Of a stretch of 64,000 bases of DNA, positions 39,104 through 48,407 are shown piece after piece. Under the pieces are notes generated by a model, which saw only the letters and a list, made by a program, of their open reading frames with translations, had not been told where the DNA came from and ran no database searches. The stretch comes from Microgenomates group bacterium (lineage in GTDB: Bacteria; Patescibacteriota; Microgenomatia; UBA10105; UBA927): positions 511,041-575,040 of the forward strand of contig JBAQFJ010000001.1 in assembly GCA_049287205.1 (NCBI GenBank), written 5' to 3'. The position numbers were made by a program, and so were the translations under genes. Within the stretch, counting starts at the first letter, position 1, and each line of letters begins with the position of its first letter.

Positions 39104-40738
39104 TCAATATGACGGTTTTCGTTTTTTTATCATAATAAATACAAAGATAACAAATGCTACTGCTCCAGCGATAAGTCCTATTTTTGACCAATATTCTTGG
39201 CTTTCCACAACTGTGGGTATTTCCGAGTGAAATGAAAATTGATCGTTCTCAAAAACAGCAATCTGTTGATATTCCGCGCGCCGTGTTAGTGGTGTTTCCT
39301 CCAACACGGAAATCACTTGTTCACGAAGCGCTGTATCCGTTTGATAGTCTGTCATAAACATTTTTCCTTCAATGTCTGTTGGAACGATGACGTATCGCAC
39401 ACCGCTTTCGGAAAGCTTCGGCAAAAACGCCGAAGACGTCGCTATCTCTAAAACTTGTGAGAGTGATGTGTTTGGATACAGGGTAGCTACAGACAACATC
39501 GGATGGGTATCAGACGAATACACAAATTTTTCAGCTGTCGGTATCCATAACGTACGCGATGGTGTTTTATCAGAAACAAGCATATCTTTTACCTGTATAT
39601 ATTCCTGAGGAATGGATTGGGGTTTAAAATTTCCACTCAGAGTCCCTAAAAATAACGGGCGGATAGTAAAGCACCAAAAAATGATAAAGGCTCCATAAAA
39701 AACCCATCTTAACTTTTTACTTTTTTTACTCAATCGTTCCAATGTATATGGAATAAGGACTGCATATCCAATTGCAGTAAACAAGTAAAATTTCGTCGGA
39801 TCACGAAACATAACAAACCCTGGAATATACCTAAAACACCAATTAAATATACTTCCAAATGGCGGATTTACGCCTTTTGCAAAAAACGCGCCTAGCAGAG
39901 CAAGTAATCCGAAAAATAGTATGTGTTTTTTATTCTTTGCTTGTTTAACAAAAACCATGGAACAAAATGCGATAAAAGGAATTACAAGAAATTCCGGCTG
40001 CAAAAAATATACTTTTCCAAACAGATTTTCCGGCCAATTCGGGTGAAGTAGTGATAGTGAATGGGAAAAATCAGCAACGCTTAAAAACTTGAGCATCCCC
40101 GGATTAGTAAAGTCCTCCCCAAGTGCTGACGAACCGACGCCTGTCAGAAGCGTTGGCAGAATCCAAAATGCATGGAGCACCGCTGCGGCAAACAGAGAAA
40201 TACCCATGTTTCTAATACGAAACGTTCTTGCAATACCCTGATATAAAACAATTGCCGCGAGCACTACATACGCGAGCCTAAGATCAAACAGGATAAGGAG
40301 AGCAAACCATAAGCCGTTTTGTATATCCTTTTTTTCATACCGAATAAATTTCAATAACACAAGTGGAGCTAAACCATACGCAAGTGCAACACCCAACTGA
40401 CCCCCACCAAATAAAAATAACGAATAGGTGTTTGTTATATACAATATAACTGCCAAATATGCCGCATTCCTCCCAACGACAAATTTTGTCAGTTTATATA
40501 TTCCAACTACGCCGATGGCGATGGCGATCAACCACAACATTTTTTCAATCACTCCCCATCCTAGTCCCAAACTGGCAAGTATCTTAACGATCAAACGGAA
40601 TGGATAGTCTATCCATAATCTTGGAAGCACATTTTCTCCAAACCCTTTGAAGGACTCCCATACTTTCGGCAACCATGAGAGCGCTGATATTTCTTCTTGA
40701 TAAAAAAATGGACCGTCTCCTGATGAAAAGAACATCAT
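39104..40738 (-). CDS. Polytopic membrane protein, paralog of the 40735..43713 product (shorter member)
   Basis: 544 aa; shares the block G(V)NPPFGSIFNWCFRYIPGFVMFRDPTKF with the neighbour's GSHPPFGFLFTWAMRHIPGFAIFRSSFYKF. Confidence 0.4.
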   Translation of the reverse strand: MMFFSSGDGPFFYQEEISALSWLPKVWESFKGFGENVLPRLWIDYPFRLIVKILASLGLGWGVIEKMLWLIAIAIGVVGIYKLTKFVVGRNAAYLAVILYITNTYSLFLFGGGQLGVALAYGLAPLVLLKFIRYEKKDIQNGLWFALLILFDLRLAYVVLAAIVLYQGIARTFRIRNMGISLFAAAVLHAFWILPTLLTGVGSSALGEDFTNPGMLKFLSVADFSHSLSLLHPNWPENLFGKVYFLQPEFLVIPFIAFCSMVFVKQAKNKKHILFFGLLALLGAFFAKGVNPPFGSIFNWCFRYIPGFVMFRDPTKFYLFTAIGYAVLIPYTLERLSKKSKKLRWVFYGAFIIFWCFTIRPLFLGTLSGNFKPQSIPQEYIQVKDMLVSDKTPSRTLWIPTAEKFVYSSDTHPMLSVATLYPNTSLSQVLEIATSSAFLPKLSESGVRYVIVPTDIEGKMFMTDYQTDTALREQVISVLEETPLTRRAEYQQIAVFENDQFSFHSEIPTVVESQEYWSKIGLIAGAVAFVIFVFIMIKKRKPSY

Positions 40739-43713
40739 AATGAATTTGTATGTTTTCTTTGTATGTATACAATCAATCCAACGCCACCCAATAAACCCAA
40801 CATTGTTACCATGCCACCGATATAAAACGTCCGTTGCGGTTCATAAACAATGGAAAACGTATGTGTGTCCTGTAGCTCCAATACCCAAGCGTTTGCATAC
40901 CCGTTTGCCCGAATATGATATTCTTCAGGAATTGCTTTTCCGTCAACTAACAATTTCCATCGGACATCAAACTGCTCATTAAACACTATTGTTGAAGGAC
41001 TTGAGGACGCCATTATTTCACCTGAATAGCTACTTGGATGTATCTCAGTAAAACGTACTTGACCACTTGATTTTGTACTCGGTTTCTCCCTGACAAAATA
41101 TATATTTTCAATTGTTGGAAGCAGGGCGTCTTGATTAAGAACAGTAATTTTATGGTATCCCTCAGTTAGACTAACTGTGCCGGATGAAGTCGATTGTGAG
41201 TCTATAAAAACCCTATGTAACGGTATCGCGCTATGAACCGTATATGCATCGGTTTGCGGTATTTCTACCTCAATTTTATACGTGGTTGTATCTGTCGTCA
41301 GCCAAGATTCCGCGCGAAGTGTTTTTTCAAACGCAACTATATTTTTACTGACTTCCTTTTGATTTTCATCAATTCCCATGGTGGCAACATAATGCTTTTG
41401 TGCTTGTACAAACGACAGGATTCGTATCACATAATCATTTTTTATTTTGCCGGTCAAACTACTGATTTCCTCAATCACAGTTTTCATCAGAACTGTATAG
41501 TCTTCAAAATTAACGGCGGACTCCGACAGATTATTTTGAAGAGTATTCCATTTCGCCTTCTGCAAATTCGTGTTTGCAATCATTATTTGCGCATCTATTG
41601 TTGACTGTATCGATGTTGCTGTTTCCAAGGAAGTTTTTTCGAAGTATTCTTTTCGTTTGAACAATATCGATCCTGGGGCATACGTTAAATCCGTTATTGA
41701 AAGACCGTTATCAATAGCATCTCGTTCCTTTTGGCTACATGCCACACATGTTGCCTGCGTCACATCCATCGTTGAGACAGTATCCAGTAGTGTAGCGGCA
41801 GAGGCGTGAATAGTATCAACGACTATTGTTTCCTTATTTTGTGCAAACGCCATAAAGACATCTGCGTGTGACACATCTTTTCCGTGCGCAGTAATGATAT
41901 CCGATCCAATATATATTTTGGATACGGCGACGGACGCCGGAATTTTGTACAAAGTCCATAAACCGATATTCTTAACCTCAACAAATGACCACGAAAGAAA
42001 ATTCTTCTTTTGCCAAACGATTGACCGATTATCCTGATACTCATTTTTATATACTGCATCATCTCTCCATAATATATATGTGATGCCTAACGTTTCAGCG
42101 ATCCGTATAAACCGATCTCTATCGTTTGTTCGAAGTGACTCATATAAACGAGTTATCATTTGGTTTGCGTCATTGTCATTTGCAATGAGCCCTCGTGACA
42201 TAACGCTTCGCGGTAATATATCCAGACTAAAATACCCCCATGACGATGTATCGAGAAGCACGTTGTAATATCCCGAATCTAAGGCGGGTAAAATCGCAAT
42301 CCGTGCATCCTTCTCAGTTGTTGTATTAACGAATTGCCCCATATCGTTCACATAGGAAGGGACAGACACGCGAGTACTAAACGGATTCATAAACGTAAAT
42401 ACATCCTTAGTAAAAAATGGATAATGATACGCAAGTATATATCCAAGGAGCACACTGCTTATCAGAAGTGCAAGAGTTTTTGACCGTATAGAAAGAATAC
42501 ATCGATGTAACGTATATCCCGATAACATAATGATGGGAATCCACACCATAGGCGCAAACTTATAAAAACTTGATCTAAAAATCGCGAACCCTGGTATATG
42601 CCGCATAGCCCATGTAAAAAGAAAGCCAAACGGCGGGTGTGAACCAGCGGCCAACACCAACCCAACCAACAACACAAGGAACAAACCAATGAGAAGCTGA
42701 TAGTTCTTTTCGACTTTCTGGGTAACCATTCCTCTGACAAAAAATATGGAGCCTACAAATGTAATGAACGCTGGGACGAAACTCAGAAAAACAAGTAAAG
42801 GATTTGTCAAAAAAGGCTTCGCAAACAAATTATTCGTATTATCATACCAATCCGGTATTCCCTGTAATCGAAGCAGATTTATAAAACTTGCATTCTTACT
42901 GATTCCCTGTTCCCATGCAATCAGCCCTTCCATTCCCCCGTTGTCACCAAGAGCCTGCGCATAGGTAGTCAGATACAAATGCATTTGAGGAAAAATCCAG
43001 TAGAAATTCAACACAATAAATGAGAGCAAGAATGCGCAACCAACAGTGAGACATCGTTTTATTTCGGTTCGTCCATTTTTTCTTATCGCGTATATTGAAA
43101 ACCAGACATAACAAATGAATAACGTCATTACAGTCGATCCATACAAGGGAGGCGATCCGCCGCCATTAAGTAAAAAATATAAGACTCCAAAATAGAGCGC
43201 GTTTATACCAATCGACTTTCTTTGTATGATTGACCGATAGAAAAGTGCAATTGCTATAGGCAAGGCCGCAAAGAGTGAAAACTTGGCACGTTCTCCAATA
43301 AACCACCCTTGAAAAACATAGAAGTTGAACATGGCAAATATGGATGACCATAAACGCAGGAAACGATATTTTTGATCAGAAAATAGAATATACACACCCA
43401 GCCACATACCAAACCCAAGGGTAAAAAACCAACCTATTAGGGCGAGCCGTTGTCCCCATAGCACTGACCCCGTAATTGCAGAAAAAAGCGTTTCAGGAAA
43501 TTGTGTTATAAGAAACGCTTTATATAACGACCAATCCTTTCCTATATTAATATAGGGATTCCAGGAATAAAAAATATTTTTCAGATGTTCAAGAGGAGCC
43601 AATCGGAAACCGCTATCGTGCCCCAACAACATCTGACCATCACGAAACCACAAGAGAGGAACTAATGAAAGGAGAAGTAGGAGTACGATCTCTCCCCAGA
43701 CTTTTTTTCTCAT
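40735..43713 (-). CDS. Very large polytopic membrane protein (992 aa), YfhO/AftD-like GT-C or polymerase candidate with a long C-terminal extracytoplasmic domain
   Basis: About 14 N-terminal TM helices; conserved PPFG...IPGF.IFR..FYKF block; roughly 550-aa soluble region; final TM helix (GGMVTMLGLLGGVGLIVYI) near the C-terminus. Confidence 0.4.
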   Translation of the reverse strand: MRKKVWGEIVLLLLLSLVPLLWFRDGQMLLGHDSGFRLAPLEHLKNIFYSWNPYINIGKDWSLYKAFLITQFPETLFSAITGSVLWGQRLALIGWFFTLGFGMWLGVYILFSDQKYRFLRLWSSIFAMFNFYVFQGWFIGERAKFSLFAALPIAIALFYRSIIQRKSIGINALYFGVLYFLLNGGGSPPLYGSTVMTLFICYVWFSIYAIRKNGRTEIKRCLTVGCAFLLSFIVLNFYWIFPQMHLYLTTYAQALGDNGGMEGLIAWEQGISKNASFINLLRLQGIPDWYDNTNNLFAKPFLTNPLLVFLSFVPAFITFVGSIFFVRGMVTQKVEKNYQLLIGLFLVLLVGLVLAAGSHPPFGFLFTWAMRHIPGFAIFRSSFYKFAPMVWIPIIMLSGYTLHRCILSIRSKTLALLISSVLLGYILAYHYPFFTKDVFTFMNPFSTRVSVPSYVNDMGQFVNTTTEKDARIAILPALDSGYYNVLLDTSSWGYFSLDILPRSVMSRGLIANDNDANQMITRLYESLRTNDRDRFIRIAETLGITYILWRDDAVYKNEYQDNRSIVWQKKNFLSWSFVEVKNIGLWTLYKIPASVAVSKIYIGSDIITAHGKDVSHADVFMAFAQNKETIVVDTIHASAATLLDTVSTMDVTQATCVACSQKERDAIDNGLSITDLTYAPGSILFKRKEYFEKTSLETATSIQSTIDAQIMIANTNLQKAKWNTLQNNLSESAVNFEDYTVLMKTVIEEISSLTGKIKNDYVIRILSFVQAQKHYVATMGIDENQKEVSKNIVAFEKTLRAESWLTTDTTTYKIEVEIPQTDAYTVHSAIPLHRVFIDSQSTSSGTVSLTEGYHKITVLNQDALLPTIENIYFVREKPSTKSSGQVRFTEIHPSSYSGEIMASSSPSTIVFNEQFDVRWKLLVDGKAIPEEYHIRANGYANAWVLELQDTHTFSIVYEPQRTFYIGGMVTMLGLLGGVGLIVYIQRKHTNSL

Positions 43714-43728
43714 ACTAGTATTATACCG

Positions 43729-44391
43729 TTATCTCCAAGCAACGAGAAGCGTTGTCGACACGAATCCTGGAACAGAGATATAAAAAGGTAACGGAATATT
43801 TAACGACCGATGAATTCTCCACAATAGCGGGAAGAATGACATGGGTTTACACACAATGTGCGTAAATCCCGCTTTCATAAACATCTTTTTCCATTCTTCA
43901 GGATATTTCACATTCAGGTGTGTCGGATCCGCTAAATTTTTCTGAAACGGAAATGGCGATGAGCCAATAAACTTTCCTCCAGGCTTTAATGCTTTATATA
44001 TATTTGACACTCCTTCAGATGGGTACGGCAGATGCTCTAGAACCTCAAAGCCAATGATGTAATCGTATTTAATTTTTGTGGGAATACTTTTTTGTATATC
44101 ACAGTAGATGAACGGAATATTGCCAATGAAGGTATGAGCATTCTTAATCATCATTTTTGAAACATCGCTACCGGTAATATCAGCGCCTTGGTTTTTTAAC
44201 AGATAACATACTCCCCCAGCCCCGCTACCTATCTCAATAACTTTCTTGCCCGCAAATTGAATATTGTATGTTGCCTGAATGTACGTTATCCAACCCCAAT
44301 ACCAGTTGGCGTATTTCAACACATCATGTTTCGTCCATGATGTGGCAATCGGTCGAAGATAGGTTTGAAAATATTGATCCCACTTTGACAT
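43729..44391 (-). CDS. Class I SAM-dependent methyltransferase
   Basis: VIEIGSGAGGVCYLL (motif I), ...GSDVS (post-I acidic), IIGFEVLEHLPYP, LKPGGKFIGSSP. Confidence 0.7.
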   Translation of the reverse strand: MSKWDQYFQTYLRPIATSWTKHDVLKYANWYWGWITYIQATYNIQFAGKKVIEIGSGAGGVCYLLKNQGADITGSDVSKMMIKNAHTFIGNIPFIYCDIQKSIPTKIKYDYIIGFEVLEHLPYPSEGVSNIYKALKPGGKFIGSSPFPFQKNLADPTHLNVKYPEEWKKMFMKAGFTHIVCKPMSFFPLLWRIHRSLNIPLPFYISVPGFVSTTLLVAWR

Positions 44392-44393
44392 AA

Positions 44394-45638
44394 TTATGTA
44401 TATTGAAGAAAAAATTTACTACATGTTCGTTTCATGTAGTTAATCATTTCAACGGTAATTCCCGGCCAGACCCCAACCCAAAATCCGTTATTCATAATGA
44501 TATCTGAATTATTCAGCTTGCCCACAATCCTGATATCTTTTCTGTTCATATAGGCGGGATGTTTCAATAAATTCCCTGCAAAAAGAGGACGCGTCCCAAT
44601 GTTATTATTTTCCAAAAATTCCACAAGTTGAGATTTAGTAAATGGGGCATCCTTTTTAACAATCAGCATAAATCCAAACCAACAGGGATCAGCTTCTTTC
44701 TCCCATGTTGGCAAAATAAAATATTTTTCATACTTTTTAAAAAAGGCGTATAATTTTTTAAAATTATCCTTACGCTTTTTGATAAATGTCGGAAGTTTTT
44801 TGAGTTGCGCGACCCCAATGGCCGCCTGAAAATCTGTAAGTTTCAGATTATATCCAATCTGTGAATACGTATATTTATGGTCATATCCATACGGTAAATC
44901 ACCTAATTGCCATGTAAAGCGTTTACCGCACGTGTTATCTTTTCCGGTATCACACCAGCAATCACGTCCCCAATCTCGAAATTGTCGAATAGCACGATGA
45001 ATAAGCGAATTATCAGTCACTATTGCACCACCCTCACCCATTGTTATCTGATGAGCAGGATAAAAGGAAAATGTGGAAATGTGTCCAAAAGTACCAGCCA
45101 ATTTCCCATTATATGTACCTCCTAAAGCATCGCAACAATCCTCAATCAACCAAAGATCATATTTTTTCACTAAACCAAGAATTTCATCCATTGGCATAAC
45201 ATTCCCTAATGCATGAGCCAACATGATAGCTTTGGTCTTTTTGGAAATCGCTTTTTCAATAGATTGAGCAGTTACATTACGTGATCCAAGATCAACATCG
45301 ATAAATACAGGGACAAGTTTATTTTGAATAATTGGATTCACTGTTGTCGGAAAAGCGCACGCAGTTGTAATCACTTCGTCGCCTGGTTGTAAAGCCTTTT
45401 TCCCAAACACAGATGAAGTGAGTGCCGTTAACGCAACAAGATTAGCTGAAGAACCTGAATTGAAGAGCGTGACACATTTTCTTCCTAAATACGAAGAAAA
45501 ATTCTTTTCAAAAATTTTAGAAAATTCCCCTTCAGTCCACCAACCATCACGTGCGACTTTAATAGCATTATTTATCTCTGCTTGATCGAATACTTTACCT
45601 GAAGCCGGTATATACTTAATCTTTGTTACATTTTTCAT
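44394..45638 (-). CDS. ddhC: CDP-6-deoxy-D-xylo-4-hexulose-3-dehydrase (E1; RfbH/DdhC)
   Basis: DGWWTEGEF, SGSSANLVALTALTS, LWLIEDCCDALGG, FSFYPAHQITMGEGG (His in place of the aminotransferase Lys), FRDWGRDCWCDTGKDNTCGKRF and GYDHKYTYS. Cys169-X57-Cys227-X1-Cys229-X7-Cys237 reproduces the E1 [2Fe-2S] motif. Confidence 0.9.
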   Translation of the reverse strand: MKNVTKIKYIPASGKVFDQAEINNAIKVARDGWWTEGEFSKIFEKNFSSYLGRKCVTLFNSGSSANLVALTALTSSVFGKKALQPGDEVITTACAFPTTVNPIIQNKLVPVFIDVDLGSRNVTAQSIEKAISKKTKAIMLAHALGNVMPMDEILGLVKKYDLWLIEDCCDALGGTYNGKLAGTFGHISTFSFYPAHQITMGEGGAIVTDNSLIHRAIRQFRDWGRDCWCDTGKDNTCGKRFTWQLGDLPYGYDHKYTYSQIGYNLKLTDFQAAIGVAQLKKLPTFIKKRKDNFKKLYAFFKKYEKYFILPTWEKEADPCWFGFMLIVKKDAPFTKSQLVEFLENNNIGTRPLFAGNLLKHPAYMNRKDIRIVGKLNNSDIIMNNGFWVGVWPGITVEMINYMKRTCSKFFLQYT

Positions 45639-45675
45639 AATAAGAACACATCTATATTGCTCATTCTAAGCGACA

Positions 45676-46563
45676 TTAAATTAATGATAAAATTTCAGTT
45701 CTTTTTATAAGCGGGAGTCTTCCCACATACCAATCTGCCAAAACTCTAATTGTCTTATCAAAATTTGTATATTGAAAATTAGGAATTTCTTTATTCAACC
45801 TTTTTATTGAGCATGTATATTCGAAATTCGATTCTTTATCTAGTACCGTAATCTTTTGTGGTTTATTCATAACAAACAAAATGCGCTTTGCCATGGTTAA
45901 AAAATCCCTAGGCTTACCAGATCCGATATTATATGTAGAATACTTTGGTTTGTTGTTAATAAAGTGCTCAAGTATTCTAACAAAATCATTTATATATAAA
46001 TAATCAAATTTCGCGTTGTGACGTATAGTTATAGGAATATCTAATAGGGCTTGGCAAATTATATTTGATACAAATCTGAAACGATATTCTTCATATTTTC
46101 CATAAACCCCAAAAAGTCTTAAATTATATATAGGTAATTTTGTTTCTTCTATAAAGGAGGCAACAGTATATTTATATAAGCCAAAATCATCTGAAGGCAT
46201 TCGTTTCCCAAAGTCTTTTTCTTCAGCTTTATGAATGGATGCTTGTTTACCAAATTCAGCACCAGATCCAAAATAGATCATACGTTTAAAATATTGTTTA
46301 CATCTTACAAAATTTAAAAAAATACGAATATTTGATGAAATTATATTTGTACACTCAGCCTCACTTTTTTTACCCCCAATATTGGCCGCGTGAATAATGA
46401 TATCTGAAGGATGATTTCTTAAACATTTTTCTACTTCATTTTCATCTAATAAATTTAATTCTTGATGGGTAGGAGCATAAATATGATATCTAGATGCTAA
46501 CTGCTCAACAATATTATGTCCGATAAAACCACTTCCACCAGTAAGAAATATTGTTTTTGACAT
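45676..46563 (-). CDS. NAD(P)-dependent sugar epimerase/reductase (CDP-abequose/paratose-synthase- or YerF-like 4-ketoreductase candidate)
   Basis: MSKTIFLTGGSGFIGHNIVEQL Rossmann start; 295 aa extended SDR; adjacent to ddhC and the TPP enzyme. Confidence 0.6.
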   Translation of the reverse strand: MSKTIFLTGGSGFIGHNIVEQLASRYHIYAPTHQELNLLDENEVEKCLRNHPSDIIIHAANIGGKKSEAECTNIISSNIRIFLNFVRCKQYFKRMIYFGSGAEFGKQASIHKAEEKDFGKRMPSDDFGLYKYTVASFIEETKLPIYNLRLFGVYGKYEEYRFRFVSNIICQALLDIPITIRHNAKFDYLYINDFVRILEHFINNKPKYSTYNIGSGKPRDFLTMAKRILFVMNKPQKITVLDKESNFEYTCSIKRLNKEIPNFQYTNFDKTIRVLADWYVGRLPLIKRTEILSLI

Positions 46564-46583
46564 GACTAATTATTTGAATACTT

Positions 46584-48407
46584 TTAACCCTCTTTAAGAG
46601 GTTCAATAATCATATTCTCATGAAATTCATCTCTGGGCAAAAACGGGTACATATCTTCTAATGGTTTCGATATAATCTTTCCATTAGAGTCTCTCATAGA
46701 ACTTACTTTTGGAAGAAATGGCTGATGCGGATCTAAAATGACCTCAATCAACATTGGTCCTTTTCTTGACAAAATAGTAAAAATTTTTTTCTTCAACTCA
46801 TTATGAGTTTGAATTCTATCTGTCGCAATTCCGTATGCTTTAGCTATCTTAATAAAATCAGGACATGACACTCCACTTTTAGGGTCACTTCCAACCAAGA
46901 AGCCTTCAAAATAAGCCGATTGAGTATGTTTAATACTTAGATATCCTTGATTGTTAAAAACAAATAACTTAATAGGTAAATTATGAAAAACCATTGTTTG
47001 CAGCTCTTGAAGATTCATTTCTAATCCTCCATCTCCGTGAACACAAATCACTTGTTTATTTAAATCAGCAAAACATGAACCAATTGCTGCAGGTAAACCG
47101 TATCCCATCGGTGCACAACCACCATTAGTAAAATATCTTTGACCCCTCTTCAACTTCAATGCTTGAGAGGAACTATAGAAAGTCGCACCTTGATCAGTGA
47201 TAACAGTATCATTTGGAGAAAGATAATCCGACAATATATCAAAAAAATAATATGAATTAACATACCTTTTTGATTTATCTTCTTTCATCTCAACTAAAGG
47301 AAATCGATCTCTCCAAGTTTTACATCTGTCAACCCATACGTTAGTTTGTAGACGTTGGCGACCCAATTCTCTACCCAATCTTTGAAAAAAATCTTTTAGA
47401 TCCGCATGTATTACAACGTCTGTGTTAATAAGTGGATGTTTTAATTGGGCTTCGTCAATATCAACAACTATTTTCTTTGCTTCTCTTGCAAATAATTTAG
47501 TTTCGTATCCAACCACCGTCAAAGGCAAACTGGATCCTAATGAAAGCACCAAATCGGCATTCTGCACAGCGAAATTCGCGGCACGTTGCCCATTAATACC
47601 TATACTACCAACACGGAGAGGGTGCTTATAATAAATAAGGTCAAAACCATTTTTTGTCGTGACTACTGGAATTTGATATTTCTCTATAAATTTTAAAAAC
47701 TTATCTTCTGAATGTGAGAGTCTAATGCCATTTCCGGCAATTATAATTGGTCTGTCGGATTTCTTTAATAATTTAACCAAAATTTTTATTTTTTTCGTCT
47801 CATTTTTATGACCAGCTTTAATACCCACTATTTCCTTTTGTGGAAAATATCTAGGCAACATTCTTTCATCTATCATCTTTGCTTGAATATCCAACGGTAT
47901 GGCTATCCAAACTGGACCTGGACGACCAGTTTTAGCTAAAAATACAGACTTTTCTAAATGATATCTAATGGTTGTTTCATCTGTTATTGTCACAGCATAT
48001 TTCGTAATACTCTCGACTAATTTCGTGATATCAACTTCCTGCACGCCTCTTTGTCTTCTCCCAGTATTTCCGATAAGTAATTTTGAATTAGCTTGTCCTG
48101 ATATAAATATAACTGGAATCGAATCATCCCAAGAACACATAACCCCAGTTATAGTGTTTGTTCCACCAGGACCCGTTGTTACCATGGCTACTCCAAGATT
48201 ATTGGTTGTCCGTTGATATCCCTCTGCAGATATTGCACACGCCTGTTCGTGATGATTACATATATACTTAATATCTTTACTTCTTCCCAAAGAATCAAAT
48301 AAATACATGCCACCTCCACCTGATACCATAAATATATGTTTAACGCCTTGTTGAGCAATAAACTTCATAACGTAATCAGATAAGCGAATTAGTTTTTTTC
48401 CATTCAT
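46584..48407 (-). CDS. Thiamine-diphosphate-dependent enzyme, acetolactate-synthase-like (YerE-like branched-chain sugar synthase candidate)
   Basis: 607 aa; TPP N-domain (GVKHIFMVSGGGGMY...GVAMVTTGPGGTN), central domain, TPP C-domain with the GDG...N Mg-binding motif (ICVHGDGGLEMNLQELQT). Confidence 0.8.
   Translation of the reverse strand: MNGKKLIRLSDYVMKFIAQQGVKHIFMVSGGGGMYLFDSLGRSKDIKYICNHHEQACAISAEGYQRTTNNLGVAMVTTGPGGTNTITGVMCSWDDSIPVIFISGQANSKLLIGNTGRRQRGVQEVDITKLVESITKYAVTITDETTIRYHLEKSVFLAKTGRPGPVWIAIPLDIQAKMIDERMLPRYFPQKEIVGIKAGHKNETKKIKILVKLLKKSDRPIIIAGNGIRLSHSEDKFLKFIEKYQIPVVTTKNGFDLIYYKHPLRVGSIGINGQRAANFAVQNADLVLSLGSSLPLTVVGYETKLFAREAKKIVVDIDEAQLKHPLINTDVVIHADLKDFFQRLGRELGRQRLQTNVWVDRCKTWRDRFPLVEMKEDKSKRYVNSYYFFDILSDYLSPNDTVITDQGATFYSSSQALKLKRGQRYFTNGGCAPMGYGLPAAIGSCFADLNKQVICVHGDGGLEMNLQELQTMVFHNLPIKLFVFNNQGYLSIKHTQSAYFEGFLVGSDPKSGVSCPDFIKIAKAYGIATDRIQTHNELKKKIFTILSRKGPMLIEVILDPHQPFLPKVSSMRDSNGKIISKPLEDMYPFLPRDEFHENMIIEPLKEG

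Noticed and set aside
46584-48407. Considered annotating this TPP enzyme as biosynthetic acetolactate synthase (ilvB)
   Set aside because: There is no ilvN, ilvC or ilvD context. It is embedded between ddhC, an SDR and sugar-modifying genes, which fits a YerE-like sugar-branching role better. It could not be decided from sequence alone, so it is reported as a TPP enzyme with a YerE-like candidate role.
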